Assembly (NCBI GenBank): GCA_964462415.1
Contig: CAYWWP010000003.1
Span: 1-46,560, forward strand
DNA length: 46,560 bases
Direction: 5' to 3'
Source: an uncultured Candidatus Saccharibacteria bacterium
GTDB lineage: Bacteria; Patescibacteriota; Minisyncoccia; Phycocordibacterales; Phycocordibacteraceae
Below, piece by piece: positions 36,161 through 44,671 of this stretch; the stretch's first letter is position 1; the number at the start of each line of letters is the position of its first letter. A model generated the notes under the pieces. That model made no database searches. It saw nothing but the letters and a program-made list of their open reading frames with translations, and had not been told where the DNA came from. Position numbers and translations under genes: made by a program.

Positions 36161-37515
36161 GACTTTTTCGGAAGCGTGAGTATAAAGCGTGCACCTGCGC
36201 CAAGCGCTGACTCTACACGCACCGTACCACCATGCAACTCTACTGCAGTACGTGCCAAGTAAAGCCCCAGTCCACTACCATACTGCCCTGACTTAACTGC
36301 TTCTTGAGTACGATGGTACCCATCGAATACGTGACGTGCATCCACTGCTGACATGCCAGGACCCTCGTCCGCTACTGAAAATTCGTGCACATGCGGAAGG
36401 CCTCGATACGATACCGTCACTTCTGTGTCCTCATGTGTATATTTCACAGCGTTTGCGAGGAGATTAAAGAACACATGGTGCATGGTCTGCTGATCTGCAA
36501 GTATCTCACCAGCATCCGTAACGGACTCATCGATGCGAATAGTGACCCTGCGCTGCGCTGCTGAGAGTTTCAAACTATCTGCAATGCCTTGTATAAACGG
36601 TGCTGCTGCAAAGCGAGTCTTATGCAGTACACTGCCTGCTCGGGTTTCAAAAGCCGTGACATCAAGAAGGTTATTTATACGAGCAATGAGCATTATGGTA
36701 TTCTCATGCACCTGTTCAAGCATCGACCGCAATTCTGGCGGAAGCGGCGAGCGCTTACTTGAGAGCACTGTTTCAACTGCCCAACGGATTCCGGTCAGTG
36801 GTGTTCGAATTTCATGCGATGCAATTGAGAGAAATTCAGCCTTCTGAGCTACAGCTCGGTATTCACGCGCATGTATCCGTTCAGCTGAGGTAATGAATAC
36901 CAGAAAAATGAGCGCAACCAAAAGCGGCAATAGCGCATAGGCGACGGTAGTAGCCATAAACTCGAATGCAGGAATGTCGACACCCACAAGGGCCACTACT
37001 CGCCCTGCGCTGTTATATACCGGCGTATAGCCAGATATCCATACACCCCACCGATCCCTGTCAGGTCCATCCGTTCCGCTCACCCCACGCGCCAGCACTT
37101 CCTTCATAAGTGGCGTAGCCTCAGGATACGCCTGACCGGGTGGAGAATAGTCGAGTGAGGTAGAGTCTTCAGAATCAGCAAAGAAATACAGTGAACCATC
37201 GGTGTGTGCACCAACTACGTACACAAAGCGCACATCATGGTTTGCTGCACGCATACGTATGAGCACGTCCTTTAGTGCTGTGTATGCCGGCAAATCTTCT
37301 TTACCAGGATTAGCACTTATGGCCGGTAACGTGTCACCCGGAATTGCTTGAGCTACTGTCTGCACGCGATCCACAAGGTGTGCTCGACCAGTCCTGTCCA
37401 CCATGACATAGACGTACAGCGACGAAGCTACACCCAGCACCAATACAGCTACGCCCGCAAACGCGTACGCAAGTGCATTAGGTCGCTTAATCTGGCTAGG
37501 AATAAGCTTCTGCAT
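36157..37515 (-). CDS. sensor histidine kinase with an extracytoplasmic sensor domain
   Basis: H-box SHEIRTPLTGI, N-box LLANAVKYT, and the G-boxes DEGPGM and GSGLGLY. Two TM segments flank a sensor loop of about 170 aa. Start moved to MQKLIPSQ. Confidence 0.88.
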   Translation of the reverse strand: MQKLIPSQIKRPNALAYAFAGVAVLVLGVASSLYVYVMVDRTGRAHLVDRVQTVAQAIPGDTLPAISANPGKEDLPAYTALKDVLIRMRAANHDVRFVYVVGAHTDGSLYFFADSEDSTSLDYSPPGQAYPEATPLMKEVLARGVSGTDGPDRDRWGVWISGYTPVYNSAGRVVALVGVDIPAFEFMATTVAYALLPLLVALIFLVFITSAERIHAREYRAVAQKAEFLSIASHEIRTPLTGIRWAVETVLSSKRSPLPPELRSMLEQVHENTIMLIARINNLLDVTAFETRAGSVLHKTRFAAAPFIQGIADSLKLSAAQRRVTIRIDESVTDAGEILADQQTMHHVFFNLLANAVKYTHEDTEVTVSYRGLPHVHEFSVADEGPGMSAVDARHVFDGYHRTQEAVKSGQYGSGLGLYLARTAVELHGGTVRVESALGAGARFILTLPKKS

Positions 37516-37906
37516 GGACGCTATTCGGTGGTGTCTCCAAGAAACTCTTCGTGATCTGCCTCCGCCTCTTCCTTGGAATGATGCACGACCCCATCTTCGT
37601 GATGTGGCGGTGCGTAGGAAGCACAAGCCCCACCCACACAAGCAACGCCAATAGATACAGTGACACCTTATCACCCACGAGATACACCAGCACTCCAAAC
37701 ACCACTGAGGTAATGGCAGTAACTACGAATTGACCCACCAAGAGTGGCATCATGCTGCGCTGCATATCCTTCTGCATTTCAGGAGTCACTTGGTCAAACC
37801 CATGAATGACGCCCCACTGCTTTCCAAACAGCGGCATGTACCACATCGCACTAAACACATACTGAGCAATCGTTCCGACAGTAATTGCAAAGATTGGTAG
37901 ATTCAT
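37496..37906 (-). CDS. DUF1761 family membrane protein
   Basis: Typical N-terminus (..AQYVFSAMWYMPLFGKQWG) and 4 TM segments. The 3' end overlaps the kinase start by 20 nt. Confidence 0.7.
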   Translation of the reverse strand: MNLPIFAITVGTIAQYVFSAMWYMPLFGKQWGVIHGFDQVTPEMQKDMQRSMMPLLVGQFVVTAITSVVFGVLVYLVGDKVSLYLLALLVWVGLVLPTHRHITKMGSCIIPRKRRRQITKSFLETPPNSVHAEAYS

Positions 37907-38011
37907 AGAGTTTCTCTATATCGTGCATCTAATACCAGTATTCTAACAGCCTCCCATAGCGGCATATGGTTCACGCACCGTTCATTCCCCTCACTCTACA
38001 TGCCAGAGATC

Positions 38012-38446
38012 CTACACGTTGCTGTGCGCAATACACTCAATCACCCACTCAATACCGTACTTGTCGCGGAACATACCGAAATAGCTACCCCACGGACTAT
38101 CGCTCATAGGCACTTCTACCTGCCCACCTGCAGACAGACCAGCAAACACACGGTCTGCCTCTTCTCGTGTGGCAAGAGCTGCGCGAATCTTGCTTCTGTT
38201 TTCGTTTTCGCTGACCGTTCCCATAAATGCAGGTACGTCATTCCCTATCAGGGCATTCTCTCCACTTATAGGAAGAACTATCTGCATTATTTTCTCCGCA
38301 TCTTCAGCACTCGGCGTAAACTCAGGACTCGCCGTATCCTTAAATCGGATAATGGTAGTGAATGCTCCACCAAATACTGATTTATAAAACGTAAATGCTT
38401 CTTCGGCATTCCCATTAAAGTTTATCCAAGGGCTTAGTGTCGTCAT
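38012..38446 (-). CDS. VOC-superfamily protein, PhnB/3-demethylubiquinone methyltransferase-like fold
   Basis: LSPWINFNGNAEEAFTFYKSVFGG ... PWGSYFGMFRDKYGIEW. Start moved to MTTLSPW. Confidence 0.75.
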   Translation of the reverse strand: MTTLSPWINFNGNAEEAFTFYKSVFGGAFTTIIRFKDTASPEFTPSAEDAEKIMQIVLPISGENALIGNDVPAFMGTVSENENRSKIRAALATREEADRVFAGLSAGGQVEVPMSDSPWGSYFGMFRDKYGIEWVIECIAHSNV

Positions 38447-38531
38447 GGATATAACTATAGCGTGCTTTGCGTGCCGCAACAGCTAACGGGCTCACAATAC
38501 TAATTAGAACGCTGGCCGAATCTAATTTTGC

Positions 38532-38600
38532 TGCCGGATAGGGACTCGAACCCCAATTAACGGTGCCAGAAACCGTTGTCCTACCTTTAGACGATCCGGC
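38532..38600 (-). tRNA. tRNA-Gln (anticodon CTG), CCA not encoded
   Basis: Acceptor GCCGGAT/ATCCGGC, anticodon stem ACGGT/ACCGT with loop TTCTGGC, T arm TGGGG-TTCGAGT-CCCTA. Confidence 0.8.
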
Positions 38601-38644
38601 AATACCGAGGGCGGCAGGAGCCGCCTTCAGGTCTCTAAACCATA

Positions 38645-38685
38645 CTAGAAAAGCGCCCTGGCTTCAAGCCAGGGCGCTTTTCTAG
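38645..38685. terminator. long palindromic bidirectional terminator
   Basis: ctagaaaagcgccctggctt-c-aagccagggcgcttttctag. Confidence 0.7.
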
Positions 38686-38704
38686 TTCGTGGAGAAATAG
38701 GTCG

Positions 38705-39637
38705 TTAGTTGGTCGTGGCACTCGCCTCTGCCTTCACCTCACCCTTACCCTTTATTGCCTTTAGGATAGTGTCGACATCCTTGCGAGCAGCCTTAAGGTC
38801 TGTCTGGGCGGCATCAATCTTTGTCTTTGCTGCCTTGAGCGCCTCAGTGTTTGACGCCTGTATATTCACATCACCATTATCAGCTGAAAGTCCTGCTACC
38901 GCACTTGCAGCTGCCTGAGCCTGCGTCTTAGCATCCGCAATCTTTGCAGTAAAGTCTGCGTATGCAGTTTCTGCAGCAGATACATCTACCCCTGCAGTCT
39001 TAGCTGCCTCAATGCGTGCTGAGATCTTAGTGCTCAGAGATTCCATCTGGGCCACCACCGTCATGATGCGATCTGCGGCTGCAGTGATAGCTGCCTTTGG
39101 CATAGTCACCGCATATACGCGGTATGACTTGGTAATAGACTGCGTAAGCTCCTTGAGCGTAGTGGTACTCGTCTCGCTCGCAATCTTGGTCTTTAGTTCA
39201 GTGAGTGCAGTGATCTGTGCATTTATCTCTGCAGAAATGGAAGCCTTCTGATCATCAGAGAGGCGGACCATCGCACTAATGCGCGTCAGCTGCTCCTTGA
39301 GGCGCGCGATGCGCTCATCAATTTTTTCACTTCCCTTTTCCTGTACCTTCTCTATTGCCTGACCCTTGCGTTCACCAGCAGCTGGGCGTGTAGTAGAACC
39401 CATGCGCTCCTTATGCATGGCTGTGCCACTCGCCATGTTTTCTGGCTTTGGGCGATCCTTATGATCATCCATAAGGCGATTAAGTACGCCGGGACGTCCT
39501 GTCTCTACCGTTGCAGAAGCAGAGACAGATGCGGTGGCTTCAGTCTCCTCACTCTGTGAGTGGTCTGCATAAGCAGCTGCAGGAGACACGACAAGCGCGC
39601 CGATAAGAAGCGGTAGTACGAGCGAAGTCTTGTTCAT
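38705..39637 (-). CDS. secreted Ala/Thr/Lys-rich coiled-coil protein, unknown function
   Basis: Signal peptide (LPLLIGALVVSPAAAYA) followed by long low-complexity helical repeats. Confidence 0.6.
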   Translation of the reverse strand: MNKTSLVLPLLIGALVVSPAAAYADHSQSEETEATASVSASATVETGRPGVLNRLMDDHKDRPKPENMASGTAMHKERMGSTTRPAAGERKGQAIEKVQEKGSEKIDERIARLKEQLTRISAMVRLSDDQKASISAEINAQITALTELKTKIASETSTTTLKELTQSITKSYRVYAVTMPKAAITAAADRIMTVVAQMESLSTKISARIEAAKTAGVDVSAAETAYADFTAKIADAKTQAQAAASAVAGLSADNGDVNIQASNTEALKAAKTKIDAAQTDLKAARKDVDTILKAIKGKGEVKAEASATTN

Positions 39638-39661
39638 ACAAAGAAAGATGTTAATTCAAAG

Positions 39662-39931
39662 TTATTGGACCTGCGCCGATTCCTTGAGAGTGGCATCAGC
39701 AGACGCACTATCGGAGTCGAGCCCCTTAAGTTGTGCGTCGATTGCTGCGGTGTCTTTCTGAAGTGAATCATCGGTGGTAGAGGTGCCACTTGGGAGTGCG
39801 GCAGGCTCTTCCTTAAAGACGGCCTGACCCCCACTATTCTTACTTTGATACCAGGTGTATCCGAAGTATCCGACGGCACCGAGTGCGACAAGCACGAGTA
39901 ACCCTACAGCTAGTTTGGTGGTTTGTGACAT
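39662..39931 (-). CDS. small N-terminally anchored protein (89 aa)
   Basis: TM segment (LAVGLLVLVALGAVGYFGY) and an acidic Ser/Thr/Asp tail. 24 nt upstream of the coiled-coil gene. Confidence 0.5.
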   Translation of the reverse strand: MSQTTKLAVGLLVLVALGAVGYFGYTWYQSKNSGGQAVFKEEPAALPSGTSTTDDSLQKDTAAIDAQLKGLDSDSASADATLKESAQVQ

Positions 39932-40006
39932 GGCAATATACGTTGTGTTAGGTGTCTCCTATAGTATAGCGCTCGCCTACCCTGCACCTAGGCCGCTGTG
40001 TATAGA

Positions 40007-40033
40007 AAAGCCGGAAGGGATACTTCCGGCTTT
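40007..40033 (-). terminator. rho-independent terminator of the XRE gene
   Basis: On the minus strand it reads AAAGCCGGAAG-TATCC-CTTCCGGCTTTTC. Confidence 0.75.
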
Positions 40034-40042
40034 AGCCACCGT

Positions 40043-40312
40043 TTAGGCAGCTTGATCTAGTTCACAGACACGAGGTTGGGATTCTGTTCGCTTCACCCCA
40101 ACAAAGAATGCATCGACAGTCACGCCGAGTGCATCCGCAAGTTGATAGAGACGGTATCCCGAAATGGAGATGGCACCGCACTCGTACTTACTAATAGTCT
40201 GCAGCGTGCAGCCTATCTCTTTGGCTAATGCCTTTTGCCGCATGCCGCGCAACCTGCGCAGGCGAGCTATATTCCTACCAATGCATCGTTCAACGGCTTC
40301 TCTACTATGCAC
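40043..40312 (-). CDS. XRE-family helix-turn-helix transcriptional regulator (89 aa, GTG start)
   Basis: HTH_3 pattern (IARLRRLRGMRQKALAKEIGCTLQTISKYECG...RLYQLADALGV). GGAGG lies 5 nt upstream of the GTG. Confidence 0.8.
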   Translation of the reverse strand: MHSREAVERCIGRNIARLRRLRGMRQKALAKEIGCTLQTISKYECGAISISGYRLYQLADALGVTVDAFFVGVKRTESQPRVCELDQAA

Positions 40313-40353
40313 TCACACCTCCTCGTGCTGACTGTTTATATTATAACACATTT

Positions 40354-40367
40354 TGTATTTAAATACA
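40354..40367. promoter_or_regulatory. perfect 14-bp palindrome, candidate XRE operator over the -35 region
   Basis: TGTATTTAAATACA lies 8 nt upstream of a TATAAT box (minus strand, 40340-40345) and 3 nt after the pyrG stop. Confidence 0.5.
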
Positions 40368-40370
40368 CTA

Positions 40371-42014
40371 TTACTCTGTCCTATCCTTTGCGGCTCGGAG
40401 AAACGCAGAGAAGAGCGGATGTGGATCCAGCGGACGAGCAAGAAGTTCTGGGTGTGCCTGTGTGCCAAGGAAGAATGGATGCACCTCTTGAGGAAGCTCG
40501 GCAATTTCCATAAGCACGCCATCAGGAGAGGTGCCTGAGAACACGAGTCCTGCTTCTTCTAGTTGTGCTACGTATGCAGGGTTGATTTCATAGCGGTGAC
40601 GGTGACGCTCCTCTACTTCTTCTGTGCCGTATGCTGTATACGCAATCGTGCCTGTCTTTACCTTCTCTACATAGCTACCAAGGCGCATGGTTCCGCCATA
40701 ATTTCCAGCTGCAAGAATTTCTTTCTGCGCATCCATCATGGCAACGATTGGGTGCAGAGTATTTGGATTAATTTCTACCGTGTGTGCGCCCTCAAGCCCA
40801 AGTACGTTGCGTGCGTACTCTACCACCATGAGCTGCATGCCATAGCAGAGACCGAAGTATGGAATCTTGTGCTCGCGTGCGAACCGAATAGCCTTGAGCT
40901 TTCCTTCAATACCCGTCTCTCCAAACCCGCCCGGGACAATGATGCCGTGATACTGCGAGAGCTTCTCTACCGACTCTCCACGCTCGAAGTCCTTTGCGTT
41001 TATCCATTCAATCTTGGGCTTGACCCCTACTTCTGCTCCAGAGAATTTAAGGGCTTCAATCACTGAGAGATATGCGTCCGATAGTACGAAGTCACCCGTA
41101 TCAAAGTATTTGCCGACAATGCCAATCTTTACTTCAGGACCCCCTTGCTTTATACGAGAGACGAAATCTGCCCAAGCGGTCATGTCTGCACTTCCTTCCT
41201 TCGGGAGGCGTAGTGCCTCAAGCAAACGGTCACCGATATGGTCCCGCTCTAGGTTAAGCGGTACATCATAAATGCTCTCGACATCAGGAGCTGAGATGAT
41301 TCTGTCTGGGCGTACATTGCACCAGATAGCGAGCTTCTCCTTACGCTTCTCGTCCATGGGCCCACTCGAGCGCGCAATAATGAAATCTGGCTGCACGCCG
41401 TAAGAGTTAAGTTCGCGCACCGCGCTTTGCGTTGGCTTGGTTTTCATTTCGCCAATAGTGCCCGGTACCGGAAGATACGAGACCATCACAAAGGTAACGT
41501 CATCTGGGTGCTGCATCTTGAGCACGCGCGCCGCTTCGATAAAGAGCGCGTTCTGGAAATCACCCACGGTGCCACCTATCTCTATAACAGAAATTTGGCT
41601 TCCGTTGTGGGAAGCCGCTGCCTCAATACGCTGTATGATTTCGTCGCGAACGTGAGGAATGGCCTCAATGCACTTACCACCATACTCAAGCGCGCGTTCG
41701 CGCGCGATAACAGTCTGGTAGACCATACCGCTCGTCATGTAATCCTCGGGTCCGAGGTCACGATTGAGGAAACGCTCATAGTTACCCATGTCCTGATCAG
41801 TTTCGAGGCCTGAATCAAGCACGAACACTTCTCCGTGCTCGGTTGGGTTCATCGTACCTGCGTCCACATTGAGGTATGGGTCGATCTTCACGAGGTTCAC
41901 CTCGTACCCGCGCTGCTTCAATATGAGCGCCATGGACGACGACGCTACTCCCTTGCCCACGCCCGACATTACGCCCCCGAGGACGAATAGATACTTGTGA
42001 CCTTCTAGTGCCAT
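40371..42014 (-). CDS. pyrG: CTP synthase
   Basis: N-terminal GGVMSGVGKG P-loop, C-terminal GATase triad region (GLCYGMQ, HRHRYE). 547 aa. Confidence 0.95.
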   Translation of the reverse strand: MALEGHKYLFVLGGVMSGVGKGVASSSMALILKQRGYEVNLVKIDPYLNVDAGTMNPTEHGEVFVLDSGLETDQDMGNYERFLNRDLGPEDYMTSGMVYQTVIARERALEYGGKCIEAIPHVRDEIIQRIEAAASHNGSQISVIEIGGTVGDFQNALFIEAARVLKMQHPDDVTFVMVSYLPVPGTIGEMKTKPTQSAVRELNSYGVQPDFIIARSSGPMDEKRKEKLAIWCNVRPDRIISAPDVESIYDVPLNLERDHIGDRLLEALRLPKEGSADMTAWADFVSRIKQGGPEVKIGIVGKYFDTGDFVLSDAYLSVIEALKFSGAEVGVKPKIEWINAKDFERGESVEKLSQYHGIIVPGGFGETGIEGKLKAIRFAREHKIPYFGLCYGMQLMVVEYARNVLGLEGAHTVEINPNTLHPIVAMMDAQKEILAAGNYGGTMRLGSYVEKVKTGTIAYTAYGTEEVEERHRHRYEINPAYVAQLEEAGLVFSGTSPDGVLMEIAELPQEVHPFFLGTQAHPELLARPLDPHPLFSAFLRAAKDRTE

Positions 42015-42018
42015 ACGC

Positions 42019-42957
42019 TTAGACTCTCAAATACTTACGGACTGCAAGCCATGACGCGAGTGCGCCAATGACCATACCCGCTACGGCTAGGAGCAGGAAG
42101 ATAACGCCGAAGTGCGCGAGGTAGTACGTGAAGAGGTTAAATCCACCAAGCCACGCAGAGAGCGTAGAACCGGCATACCAGGTAGCAGGATAGAAGAATA
42201 GGAGTGCGAGCACGGTAGCGATCAGTCCTGCAATCACACCAGCTACAATGAATGGTCCACGAATGTACCAGTTAGACGCACCCACCAGGCGCATGACTGC
42301 AATTTCATCGCGAGCGGTGTAGATAGCAAGGCGAATAGTGGTAAATGCAATTACTACGGACGCGATGGCGAATAGAGTAACGATGGCGAGACCTGCGCGC
42401 TCAGTCATATCAATAGCCGCGGTCAGGCGATCTATGACTGTCTTGTTCTGGTAGTAATTAATACGGTCGATAATTGGTCCTGATGCTGGAGAAATAGATG
42501 GGTCATCAGACAAAAACTTCACAATACCCTCGTACTCTGACGGGTCCTTTGCCTTCACGGCGAGCGACGCACCAAGTGGGTTATCACCGAGCTCATCAAG
42601 TGCCTGAAGGGTGAGGTTGTCGTTAGCATGGCGCTCACGGAAGCTGGCCAGCGCATTCTCGCGTGAGGTGTACGTGACGCTTGCTACGTCATTTAGTGAC
42701 TCGAGCTTCTTCTTAATAGAAAGAATATCGGTCTCCTGTGCAGACGTAACAAAATATACGTTTACATCCACCTTATCCTTGATGGTAGCGAGGGTGTTGT
42801 CGAGCACCGCAGAGATGAACATGAGTGAACCCAGAATAACCAGGGTCACCGTCATGATGAGCACGGTCGCAAATGACACCACGCCGCTGCGTGCAAAACT
42901 CTTTGCTCCCCCAGTAAGAACGCGCTTCAGCGAAGTAGATAGCATACGTCGTAACAA
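42019..42957 (-). CDS. ftsX: cell-division ABC permease-like protein FtsX (start may be the ATG at 42945)
   Basis: 4 TM segments with a large first extracytoplasmic loop. Directly follows ftsE. Confidence 0.88.
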   Translation of the reverse strand: MLRRMLSTSLKRVLTGGAKSFARSGVVSFATVLIMTVTLVILGSLMFISAVLDNTLATIKDKVDVNVYFVTSAQETDILSIKKKLESLNDVASVTYTSRENALASFRERHANDNLTLQALDELGDNPLGASLAVKAKDPSEYEGIVKFLSDDPSISPASGPIIDRINYYQNKTVIDRLTAAIDMTERAGLAIVTLFAIASVVIAFTTIRLAIYTARDEIAVMRLVGASNWYIRGPFIVAGVIAGLIATVLALLFFYPATWYAGSTLSAWLGGFNLFTYYLAHFGVIFLLLAVAGMVIGALASWLAVRKYLRV

Positions 42958-43638
42958 TTAAAGCAGGTACTGACCCTGTAGGTCATCGCGCACCACGCGG
43001 CCCTTATCCATAGTAATCACACGCTTGCCGAGCGCATCCACAACACCCTTGTTGTGGGTGGTGATGAGTACCGTAGTACCGAGCTGGTTAATCTTCTTCA
43101 AAATCTCGATGATTTCGTAGGTATTTACTGGGTCGAGATTTCCTGTTGGCTCGTCGGCAACAATCACGTCAGGTTGATTGATGATGGCACGCCCAATAGC
43201 AACGCGCTGCTGCTCTCCTCCTGAGAGCTGGCTCGGGAAGTGGTGCGCCTTGTCTCCCAAATCCACGAGATCAAGGTAATGCGGCACGTCGGTCTCTATT
43301 TCGTCTTGTGGACGACCAGCCGCCTCCATGGCAAATGCAATATTTTCGTATGCGGTCTTGTTTGGAATCAAACGGAAATCCTGGAACACCATTCCAATCT
43401 TACGGCGGTAGTGATGCAGCTTGCTCTTAGGAAGCGAATGCACGTCTACGGACTCAAAGAATACTGAACCCTCAGTTGGCTCTTCTTCTGCAAGTAGCAT
43501 TTTAAGGAGGGTCGTCTTGCCTGCACCTGAGTGACCGACGATAGAGACGAATTCCTTAGGAGCGATAGACAGCGTCACGTTTTCGAGAGCAGGTGTGCCG
43601 TCTTTGTAATGCTTGGTGACTTTGTCGAAATAAATCAT
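42958..43638 (-). CDS. ftsE: cell-division ATP-binding protein FtsE
   Basis: Walker A GHSGAGKTT, signature LSGGEQQR, Walker B VIVADEPT. Confidence 0.93.
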   Translation of the reverse strand: MIYFDKVTKHYKDGTPALENVTLSIAPKEFVSIVGHSGAGKTTLLKMLLAEEEPTEGSVFFESVDVHSLPKSKLHHYRRKIGMVFQDFRLIPNKTAYENIAFAMEAAGRPQDEIETDVPHYLDLVDLGDKAHHFPSQLSGGEQQRVAIGRAIINQPDVIVADEPTGNLDPVNTYEIIEILKKINQLGTTVLITTHNKGVVDALGKRVITMDKGRVVRDDLQGQYLL

Positions 43639-43658
43639 AGCTCCGGTATCGACTTCTA

Positions 43659-44528
43659 TTATACCCCTTCCCCTAAAGCCGCGTCTATAAAACCATCCAG
43701 ATCACCCGCAAGCACCCGGTCTGGGTCATGTGATTCATGACCGGTCTCATGATCCTTCACTAGTTTATAGGGATGAAGTATGTATGAACGCATCTGATTT
43801 CCCCAGCTATTGTCGGTCGTGGCTGCAATGGAGCGCCCTTTTGCTTCTGCTTCACGCCTTGCTTCCTCGCGCGCAAACAGCTTCGCACGTATGAGCTCCA
43901 TGGCCTTTTCGCGGTTTGCCTGCTGACTGCGCTCTGAAGACACATGCACCGAGATATTGGTAGGAATGTGCACTATACGCACGGCAGTCTCGCGCTTATT
44001 TACGTTCTGACCCCCTGCTCCACCTGAGCGAGCAAACTGTATATCAAGATCTTCAGGACGCACCTCTATCTGATCGCTTGGCGAGAGCTTGGGTAGCACC
44101 TCCACAAGCGCAAAGGACGTTTGGCGCTTATCGTTGGCATTAAAGGGTGAGATGCGCACAAGGCGATGTACTCCTGATTCCGACTTAAGGCGACCATACA
44201 CACCGCTCCCTCCTATTTCTAGGAGTACACTACGATACCCGCCATGCGTATTCTCCGTGGCATCAAGCTCATGTATGCGCCACCCTTTCTGGTCTGCATA
44301 TCCCTCATACATACGTCTGAGCATCGCCGCAAAATCTTCGGCGTCATCTCCTCCAGCTCCGGCAAGTATCGCGAGTGTGGCAGAACCCCCATCGTGTCCC
44401 TCAGCACTTCCTCCTTCCTTGAGTGCCTGATACTCCCGTACGATCCGCTGCGCTTCGTCTTTATCGGCCCAAAAGGCAGGGTCGGCCATGAGCGTCTCAA
44501 TCTCTGCTATGCGCTCTTCAGGATTCAT
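43659..44528 (-). CDS. prfB: peptide chain release factor 2, shortened domain 1, no programmed frameshift
   Basis: SPF tripeptide (RISPFNAN) and GGQ (SGGAGGQNVNK). Start set at MNPEERIAEI, because the tracked ORF extension runs into tRNA-Thr. Confidence 0.88.
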   Translation of the reverse strand: MNPEERIAEIETLMADPAFWADKDEAQRIVREYQALKEGGSAEGHDGGSATLAILAGAGGDDAEDFAAMLRRMYEGYADQKGWRIHELDATENTHGGYRSVLLEIGGSGVYGRLKSESGVHRLVRISPFNANDKRQTSFALVEVLPKLSPSDQIEVRPEDLDIQFARSGGAGGQNVNKRETAVRIVHIPTNISVHVSSERSQQANREKAMELIRAKLFAREEARREAEAKGRSIAATTDNSWGNQMRSYILHPYKLVKDHETGHESHDPDRVLAGDLDGFIDAALGEGV

Positions 44529-44540
44529 ACAGCGAGTATA

Positions 44541-44568
44541 CCAAAACCCCGCTTTCGCGGGGTTTTGG
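44541..44568 (-). terminator. hairpin downstream of the tRNA-Thr pair
   Basis: ccaaaaccccgc-tttc-gcggggttttgg. Confidence 0.55.
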
Positions 44569-44572
44569 TTTT

Positions 44573-44648
44573 TGGAGCCACCTCCCGGGATTGAACCGGG
44601 GACCTTTGCGTTACGAATGCAATGCTCTACCAACTGAGCTAAGGTGGC
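44573..44648 (-). tRNA. tRNA-Thr (anticodon CGT), CCA encoded
   Basis: The reverse complement is GCCACCT..GCTCAGTTGGTAGAGC..loop TTCGTAA..CCCGG-TTCAATC-CCGGG..AGGTGGC-T-CCA. Confidence 0.9.
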
Positions 44649-44671
44649 GCGGTATGCCTCAACGGCAAACC

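Noticed and set aside
37516-37698. Cys/Trp-rich 61-residue N-terminal extension of the histidine kinase ORF
   Set aside because: It overlaps the DUF1761 gene in another frame and has implausible composition. MQKLIPSQ followed by a TM helix is a normal kinase N-terminus.
43659-44572. Programmed +1 frameshift in prfB
   Set aside because: There is no upstream short ORF, no internal SD and no CUU-UGA slippery site. The gene simply starts later than canonical RF2.
44529-44633. N-terminal 35-codon extension of the prfB ORF
   Set aside because: The extension (MVEHCIRNAKVPGSIPGGGS...) reads straight through the terminator hairpin and tRNA-Thr(CGT). It is the well-known spurious translation of a tRNA gene.
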